Source of the DNA: Lama guanicoe | Lineage: Eukaryota | Assembly: GCA_013239625.1 (NCBI GenBank) | Contig: MU053629.1 | Location: 3,003,567-3,067,566 of the forward strand | DNA length: 64,000 nucleotides | Reading direction: 5' to 3' | Shown: positions 11,752-64,000 of the stretch, one piece after another | Layout of the letters: every line of letters starts with the position of its first letter | How positions within the stretch are numbered: position 1 is the stretch's first letter | Made by a program: the position numbers and the translations under genes | Notes under the pieces: generated by a model | Database searches by the model: none | Seen by the model: the letters and a program-made list of their open reading frames with translations, nothing else | Told to the model about the DNA's origin: nothing

Positions 11752-13271
11752 AATGGACAAGGATCAGAAAACCATGCCAGAAGTTACCTCTTGTTCTATT
11801 AAAGAAAGAATGAACACAATCCAGGACAGAGAACTGAGTGGCCAAGGCCTCCGGTGTGGATGTGACCCGGGACTGACGTTTATCCTCGGAAACACCTGCG
11901 GCTCACTGTGGGTTAGGCGTCTCTGGAGCGGTGGCGTTCCCCCCACCCCCCGACGGATGCAGACAGCTGTCACGCGGAGGCCAGAAGGAAGACCCGAGTC
12001 GGAGGGTTTTCTAAACGAGATCACTGCAGGGTGAGGGATGGGACAGGCACCGTCGCATAAGGCAGGCTCCGTGTTCACACTTCCCTGATCATCCCCGAAG
12101 GGCTGCTGACCCAAAAGATGCAGCTGTGGTCTACGTCTCGCCCCCGGGCCCCTGCCCCAGGCACAAGCTGCAGTTTGCTGTCTCTTCTTTTTCTGTTCGA
12201 AAAGCATAGTTCTGCCAGGTTTGTATTCATTACAGATTCAGTTGTTGGTGAGTTTAAATAAGGAGTTAAGGCTACAGGAAACAAACAACAGGACTCACTA
12301 ATCATTACACATCGTGGTCCCGAAAAATGTACACCAATGTTTTACAGCTTAGAAGGACGACATTAGCTCTTGTTGCGTCTCTGAAAAGTGAAATTAAAAT
12401 AAGCAGCTCAAGAAATTAAAATTTATAAATTGCCCTTGAATTGGAAGGTGTGGGGATTAGGGAAGGAAAACTACCCTGAGGACTATGTAAAAGTATGTTC
12501 TTCTTAGGAGATCCAAGTTAGTGCTGTCTCCACCAGGTGGTCACCTTGAGGGACTGGACATTCTAACAAAGCTGTCCTGGCTCTGCACCCCTCCCCCCAT
12601 ATTTTCACCCAGTGGTGACAGCTGCTACTAGTGAGAGAAAAAGCAATTTTTAGAGAGTCTAAAGTCAGTAGAGCCAAATCTGGCTTATAAAGTAAGAGAT
12701 CCAGTGGGGCAATGCTATGCTATTTTTGTATGCCATCCTAGATGGGATTATAAAGCAAGAAGATTGATCCCCTGCGTGGCTTACAATTGGATATTAAGGT
12801 GATTACAAAGGAGAAATTCAAAAAATGCTTAATTAACACAATGACAAGGTGGTGAGAAAGAGTATTCCTACTTCCAAGGTAGCTGGTGTAAAGGACACCT
12901 GACTTTTTAAAAATTGTGTGGTTAAACATTTCATGTGGAAGTTGAAGTGCATGTGTATTAAATACCACTGTCTGCTGCTTTTACTGGCATCAAGGGGCAC
13001 ATTAAAATGAAACAGTTCTGTGTCACTGGTTATGGAGCAAAAGCAGCTCATGTGAATGGAACTTACAACATAAATATTACAATTTAATTTACAAACATGA
13101 GAGGATTCCTTGAAGACAAGAGGACAGCAGGAAAAACTAGAACATTTTGGTGTTGAAGGACTACGTTCAAAGTACTTTAGGCCATAGTACGTCTTTTAAG
13201 ACGGGCTGATTAATTCATGGCCTCACAATTCCAGGATTCACATTCTTTGGAAATGGCTTTTACTAAATTTC

Positions 13272-13277
13272 AATAAA
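13272..13277 (+). promoter_or_regulatory. Candidate SLC24A1 polyadenylation signal
   Basis: First AATAAA I found on + after the stop, followed by U-rich sequence; several ATTAAA variants occur earlier. Confidence 0.35.
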
Positions 13278-15732
13278 TTGTGAATCCCAATGGTATTTTA
13301 CTTTACAAAAATGGATGCGTCCATCCACATCTTTAGGTCGCTTTGTCGCAATGCTCAAGAAAAGACTGATGAAGAATGTGGCACCACGTTCAGATTCACA
13401 CTGTGAAGTTAGTTCCCCTTGATCCTGGTGCTGCCGCACTGCTGGGGCTGCACGTGCCCTGGCCTGAGAACAGGAGGGACGCGCAGCGCCTGCGGGAGGG
13501 AGAGCCACACACGAGCCTTCTGCACACCAGTGCAGCCCAGCTCAGCTGGCCTCAGGGATGTCCCGGCCTCCCCGGCAGCCTGCCAGCTGACGCCCTTCCC
13601 CAGAGCTGAGTGAGGAGTGAAACGCTCTGCAGTGATGGCAGTGCTGGACCGCCATTTAATGATTAAAATCACCTGTAATGACTGAACATCTTTTTCCTGA
13701 TCAGTTTGCTGAATTGCTCCATTTCTCTTTGCCTCGAAAGGAAGTTCTGACTTCACACTATGACAGAAAAGGGTCAAATATGTAAAATGAAGGCTGGCCC
13801 TTGATGGATGAGCAGCTGGTGAGGAGAAAGAGGAGGTTTCAAGGAGATGGAAATTTTATGTAACATCTAAAAGATGAATTCGTTATGCTTGGAAATTAAA
13901 AATTTTGTCATACATTATAAATCTGTAACTTATTAAAATTATGCTGTGTTAGAGGTAAAGTACCATCTTAAAATGTCAAGATAATGGTTAGATGGTCTTC
14001 TCATTTGATGGGCAAAATGATCTGTGTAGCCAGTTACGTGGGACAAATTCTAGGTCACTCATTCAGCCTGGAAAGTCTGACCTGTCCCCTGTGACTAATT
14101 AAATTGGAAGCAGTGGCTGCACAGATAACTTCTCCTTCACCCTCCTTGAGACCGAACCTCCTTGATGGCCCTGGTAATAATAGGTTTGGACCAAATTTAT
14201 AAAAATGTAAAACTCCTAATTTAATGAGTTAAGATTCTATATAGTACCAGAAAAAAAGGATGTATTGCAAATGTTAAAAAATCAGTATATGTTTAAATGG
14301 TTACTACACATTTTGAACATTATGTTGTACCCTCTTCAACAGATCTGAAAATGTTTTTATCCAATTATAGGCTTGGCCTTTTATGATACTATAAAAGTAT
14401 CATAAAAAGTCTATATCCTAATTATCATTTATAGATTAAATACCAAAGGGGGCAAGAATCGGAATTTAATATTTAAGGCACAGTAGATACATTTGAAGAA
14501 CTGGCTGGCCTCATGGCCACAGAACACACTTAGTTCTGGCTGCCCCCCTCCACCCTTTTTTGGTGGGAGGGTCCCTCTGCAGGTGCAGCTTGCAGTGTAT
14601 TATGGGACTGATTACTATGAAAGGGACAAAGAGAGGGCTTGTGAGCAGGGCTGTCCATCCCTGGAGGAGGTCACTAGAGCCGGGCTGGACCCCCTGGCCT
14701 AAGGCTGCCCACAACCAAAGCACACTTCTGGTCCTCAGGCCCTCCACTGTGATGAGCAGGCAGATCTGGAGAATTTCATTTACAGAAAATTCCATCAGTT
14801 GCTCCAATGGTTTTGTCACAGTACTATGAAAGGAAGAATTTTAAATACAAAAGGAGGGGGCCATCCAAAGAACAGCAGTGGTGGAAAGGCTGCAGTAACT
14901 TTATCAGCGTCTGTTACCATCTCACACGTGCGCACAGACTTTTTGCATCAGAGACAGATTCCTGCATGTATTTGTCCAAAACGAATTTGGAACCAAAAAT
15001 GAGTCAGCAAAGTACCTACTCTGGGGCCAGAGGGAGAGGACAGTATGAAGGGATAAGCAGAAGATACCAAGTTCTGAGGAGATCAAGGTAAACTGGTGTG
15101 CAGCTGCCAGAGAATTCAATTCTGAAATAAAACTTAGTCTTGTATCCAAACAGGAAGGGCAGAGCATGCTAAGACCAGCACAAAGGCAGGCCAAGGACCA
15201 TCTCGAAGAGGCAGCCTGCTCTTTCCCTTCCTGCTCTGAGATAAAGTGCCTGGCAGTAGCTTTCAAGTTCTAATGGGAGAAACAAAAATAAAGCCGGGCT
15301 GCTGCGCACTGCCATACAAATGGGAATTCTCTTACCCTATCTCACAGCGTACGCAGAAGTACAGCATCTGTATACAGCAGGCGAACTCTTGCCAGCTGCA
15401 CTGAAGTATCAGGAATTACCAGCATGAAATAAAATAAGTATTTATCACCTAAAATGCTGAATCAACATTTCCAGGGGCCATTTCTCTATATATCAAAATG
15501 GAAAGACACTTAAAAAAAGCTTAAAATAAGCTGGTGGCTTTAGGGTTTTTAAAACAAAAAACATCCCCCAAAGTTAGAAAAAAAAAAAGACAAAAATCAG
15601 AATATAAACAGGTTCTATAACTCCGTGACAAGAGAAAAAAATCAAATATTGAAATATATAAAATACAAATGTATGACATTCAAAACACTAATGGGAGGAA
15701 GAAGTAAACAAGTCGTACCGGACACAGCATGG

Positions 15733-15738
15733 TTTATT
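15733..15738 (-). promoter_or_regulatory. Candidate DENND4A polyadenylation signal
   Basis: AATAAA on - strand followed by GU/U-rich sequence, about 2.4 kb after the stop; alternatives at 15954-15959 and 16924-16929. Confidence 0.45.
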
Positions 15739-18073
15739 TTCAACTGGTAAACGAAACTAAGAATAAGAAAATAAAAGACAGATAATTTAGCAAAAGGGTA
15801 TTTCTCTCCAACATGATTGGCCGTGATTCTCTAAAATGTATGGTCAACAGAGAGAAAATCAAAGAAAAGTTTATAAGGTGTTATTTTAAAAGATGATCTA
15901 CATTTTAGTTTTCTTTTGAGCAGGGTTTACCACTTTTTCTTCATGTTTTAGGTTTTATTTTTAAAGAGTAAATATGTGCAAATAACAGACCTTGGGGATT
16001 AAAAATAGGGGAAATAAAACCTAACCAAAAGCAGAAACAAAACTTGGTGTTGGGGGAGGGGAGGGGATAACAAATTACAACCACTTTTCCGAATGAGGAT
16101 GAGCCATAAAGAATGGGCTTTACCTTACTTTTTTTGGTCAGGTATTTGAAACCAATAAACTATGACTCATTGCTCCTGGTAGAGAAAAGGTAATCAATAG
16201 TGAAAAGCTGTTCTTTTAAGGGGAAAAAACCAATAACAAAAAACTAGAACGGAGCCTCAGAATCCTGTTTGGAGGGATGTTTGTCACCAGTGCCAAAAGC
16301 CACACCCATCGAATGTTTCTCCCATTTGACAACTTTCAAATGATGATGACTTAGAGAACATAAAACAGAGCGTGAGGCTAAGATCTTGAGTAGTAAAGAA
16401 GGATCAGACAGGAGTGGTATTTACAAAGGAGAGGCAGACACACCTGCATAGCACCAGATTTTTCAAGTAATCAAGCTCAGCCCCAAACTAACTGAACTAA
16501 AATTTTACATTTTTAAACCTTCCCCATTACTTCCCAGAGCAGAAAGCGGTGAAGTGTTTCAGCTCGGTGCTATTCACTAAGTATGAACTCGAGGGTTTTT
16601 TTCTACAGCTGAACTGGTTCTAAGTCTTAGGACTTTAAGGTAACTCCAGTCCCAGTGCCCTGAACTCTGTGGGCTTTTATACATCGGACTGAGGACCATT
16701 CTTTTTTTTTTTTTTCTTCTTTGACAGTGGCTAGAGAATTCCTTCATTAATGACAATGTGTGCAAACACACACCACACAGACACCTTGAAAATCTACAAA
16801 TAATTCTAACAGCCAAAGGACACTTTTTATCAGAAATTACCCAAAGAAAATGATATTAGAAATAATGGGACTACCAATAATTTTTAAGAGTCTATTTAAT
16901 ACCCATAGTGCTTAAACATTCAGTTTATTGTCTGATTTCTGGATATTTCTGGATTTTAGATTCCATAAACCAGATTCTGAAGGCTTATTGAAAAAGCCAA
17001 GTTCCTCAATATGGGAAATTCTATCTGGCGGTACGTTTAGAGAGTTATTATTTTTCTACTTTTGAAAAAATATTTTGAATATATATATATATATATAATA
17101 TTAACAGAATATTCCAGTAGGTTATATTCCAGATAAATATAGTACAATTTGCATCATACCCAATATTTCAGATATTAAAATAAAGTTCAAATTTGGGAGA
17201 AACTAACATATTTCCCAGCATAAGTGTGCATGTAGAACCTTTGGCTTTGTTAAGCTACCTTCCCTGTGTACTGTACGTACCTATTAACAACAGAGGAAAT
17301 TCTGGACTCGTGGTATATCGAGCCTGACTTTATAGAAGCCAACCTGGAACCTCTCTGGCTCTCCTCCACGAGGCTCAACGAGTCGGGCTGGGCCACGCAC
17401 ACCCCCGCCGTGACGCGCTCCCTGTGCTCAGGCTTAGGAGGACGAGCAAGCGCTCCGGGGACAACAGTGACACTAGCGTGACATTTTGGAATCGTTCTCC
17501 CAAGTAATAAAATAGAGAGAGACAGATACACACATAGAGGCCTGCAGCTGCATTAACTTCAAGTAGCAGACAAATAAGCACTTAACTGCCTTGCTTCATA
17601 AGTTTAAGTTCATTTTGTTTGCTATATTAAGTTTAAAAATTAAAAAAATAGCAACTTACTATAAACAGTTTAAAATATGTATAATACAACTTCATGGTCA
17701 AAACATTTTGAATCGTCTGTGAAAACAGGAGATACTTGCATCTTACATTTGTTTAAGTTCCATACATGATGTTTTAATCTGCCTCTTTCAAGAGAAACCA
17801 TAAAACAGTTGTCTTCTTTTATGGGAACTAATTTTTTGTTTAGAGCTTTCCTCATCACAAAAATACTTAATTACTTGTTAACTGGAGGGGGAAAAATGGA
17901 AACTTTAAGTGGCTCTCTCCCACCTGTCACTTACTTTCTCTTTCAGACATTCTGTACATAAACTATCTGGACTTTCTGAACCATTTACAAATGTATTTTT
18001 AAAAATCGAAGAAAAAAGTTTAGAGTCTGAAAGTGTTATTTTATACACTGACTGTACAATACTTACTGGAAGT

Positions 18074-18108
18074 ACACACACCCACACACGCACGCACGCA
18101 CGCACACC
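18074..18108. repeat. (CA)/(CACG)n microsatellite at start of DENND4A 3' UTR
   Basis: acacacccacacacgcacgcacgcacgcacacc. Confidence 0.85.
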
Positions 18109-18112
18109 CGTC

Positions 18113-62493
<44,381 letters not shown>

Positions 62494-62849
62494 CTGAGAT
62501 TAAATGACAATAATAATATATTTGTTAGGTGGGCCTTTTTTTGAGGGAGGTGTGGGTACATACCTGTTTTATATAAAAAGAGGAAAAAAAAACACACTGA
62601 ACAAAAAATATTCTACATATAAAATATTTCAATTAACAGGAGAAAAATACTATAGGGGTAAATTGGAATATTTAATATTTAAAGATTAATTTATATAAGG
62701 GTAGAATCTTCTACTAAATATAGCTCAAAAACTTATAATCATGTTTATATCAAGTCATTTCCACCTGCATTGATATCATGGAAACCACTACAAAACTTAA
62801 TGTGGTGGTCATTACTCTTAAACTCACTTAAGAGTCTTTAGATACCTTT

Positions 62850-63310
62850 AAAAAAAAAAAAAAAACCAAAACCAAAAAAAAAAAATAAAATAAGAAAAAA
62901 AAAAAAAAAAAAAAAAACGACAATTTGAAACAACATTGTAAAATGACTATAACTCAATAAAAAAATGTTAAAAAAAAAAAAAAGACAAATGAACTTAACT
63001 ACAAAACAGAAACTGACTCACAGACATAGAAGACAAACTTATGGTTACCGGGGGAAAGCAGGTAGGAAGGGATAAATTGGGAGTTTGAAGTTTGCAGATA
63101 CTAACTACTACATATAAAATAGATAAACAACAGGTTTTCTACTGTATTTCTCAGGGAACTATATTCAATATCTTGTAGTAACTTATAATGAAAAAAATGA
63201 AAATGAATATATGTATGTATATGTATGACTGAACTATTATGCTGTACACCAGAAATTGATACAATATTCTAAACTGACTATACTTCAATAAAAAAAGTAA
63301 AAAAAAAAAC
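62850..63310 (+). mobile_element. Stacked poly(A) tract and two L1 3' ends (artiodactyl/camelid-type L1)
   Basis: A-rich tract 62850-62918; short L1 end 62919-62983 (caacattgtaaaatgactataactcaataaaa); ~320-bp L1 3' UTR 62984-63310. Confidence 0.8.
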
Positions 63311-64000
63311 CACACTATCATTTCTGATAAGTTATAAACATGCTAATGATAAAAATAAAGATTTGTTTAAATTTTTCTTGAAATTAAACAACTAAACAGA
63401 AAACATAGATAAATTGAAGGCTAAAAAAAAAAGAGATTTTAAGACACCTTAATATTGGGAAAATCCTACTATAAAGAGATTTTTTTCTTACAGACTTTAA
63501 GAAAAGGCACTATAGAAGACTTTCAATGAACTTATGACCTAAAAAGCTTATCAAAACACTTTAGTATATTTAAATATTTAGTTTCTTAGTTCCCTAAAAA
63601 TGTAAGTAAAACTTAGTTTTGTTTCTTTCAGAAAAGAAATAATCTGTAATACTAGATTATTTGAATAAAGTTTAACATTCCAAAATACTTTTATAACTAT
63701 GAAAGAGGATATTTGCTTGAAAGTGATATCTTTGTTTCTATGATGAACTCCTATAATTTTCTTTATTACAACTATTACAACATAGCTGTTTTTTTTAACT
63801 ATATGTGGAGTCGGGGAAGAAAAGAGCATGGTGATAAAACATGATAAAGCTTCTGGACTTAACTATAGTTAAGCTTTGTTGATTCCATTCTTCATTTATT
63901 AGATCTTTTTTTTTCTATTTCAAAAGCAATACATATTCATTCTAAGAAACTTGAAAAATGAAGAGAAAAAAAAGAAGAAAAGTAAATCACTCATGTTCTA

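Overview
Mammalian genomic DNA, probably camelid (seven copies of a ~130-bp tRNA-derived SINE resembling camelid Vic-1). Two convergent protein-coding genes are present. On the + strand are the last six coding exons of SLC24A1 (rod Na+/Ca2+-K+ exchanger NCKX1; stop at 11749-11751). On the - strand are 22 coding exons of the 3' part of DENND4A (Rab GEF; first visible exon 62493-62393, stop at 18115-18113). All exons were placed by GT-AG boundaries and phase continuity. Introns hold L1, L2, MIR, MLT1, MER5/MER58 and SINE copies. I see no new multi-gene system. The best leads are splicing-level: an in-frame 27-nt DENND4A microexon candidate (SQNRTLLFE), a SINE insertion whose target-site duplication copied a DENND4A 5' splice site, an 18-nt microexon candidate, a tailless U2 retropseudogene, and a higher-order 42-bp coding repeat in the NCKX1 acidic loop. 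Gene names, exon numbers and repeat family names come from recalled sequence knowledge, not database searches. Repeat boundaries are approximate.
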